Shown here: positions 63,976 to 64,000 of the stretch, in pieces
How the letters are laid out: each line of letters opens with the position of its first letter
Numbering within the stretch: position 1 is the stretch's first letter
From: Okamejei kenojei
Taxonomy: Eukaryota
Reading direction: 5' to 3'
NCBI GenBank assembly: GCA_035221665.1
Contig: CM069157.1
Coordinates: forward strand, 14,632,001-14,696,000
DNA length: 64,000 nucleotides
Made by a program: the position numbers and the translations under genes
Notes under the pieces: model-generated
Told to the model about the DNA's origin: nothing
Databases searched by the model: none
The model's input: the letters and a program-made list of their open reading frames with translations, nothing else

Positions 63976-64000
63976 AAAGTTATTCCCTTTATCATGTATC

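Noticed and set aside
48991-64000. Further RUNX3 exons (e.g. SPPWSY-type or terminal VWRPY exon)
   Set aside because: No such peptide recognised in the ORF track or by eye. It probably lies beyond the window, although a short divergent exon cannot be excluded.

Overview
This is eukaryotic (vertebrate) genomic DNA, almost certainly from a cartilaginous fish and probably a skate or ray, inferred from abundant HE1-type V-SINEs and HER1/CR1-type LINE fragments. The window lies inside a RUNX-family gene on the + strand, best matching RUNX3. Three internal coding exons are present: 1553-1709 and 7784-7888 (Runt domain), and 48817-48990 (post-Runt). They are separated by introns of about 6.1 kb and 40.9 kb, and neither the first nor the last exon was found. 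The first ~6 kb is repeat-poor, and the first ~3 kb keeps its CpGs. The rest is a dense, often nested patchwork of HE1 SINEs, CR1 and Rex1/Babar LINE 3' fragments, old DeuSINE-like relics, one full-length frameshifted Tc1 (DD34E, IR/DR) transposon and several MITEs. The most interesting signal is about 20 copies of a short fold-back (palindromic) element. Many copies have 8-16 bp target-site duplications, and the centre carries a minimal hammerhead-ribozyme motif (CUGAAGA-stem II-GAAACGUC) of the Penelope-like retroelement type. One copy sits about 20 nt upstream of a RUNX3 splice acceptor. Repeat boundaries were read by eye and are approximate unless a TIR or TSD is quoted. Almost all ORFs in the supplied track are spurious or repeat-derived.
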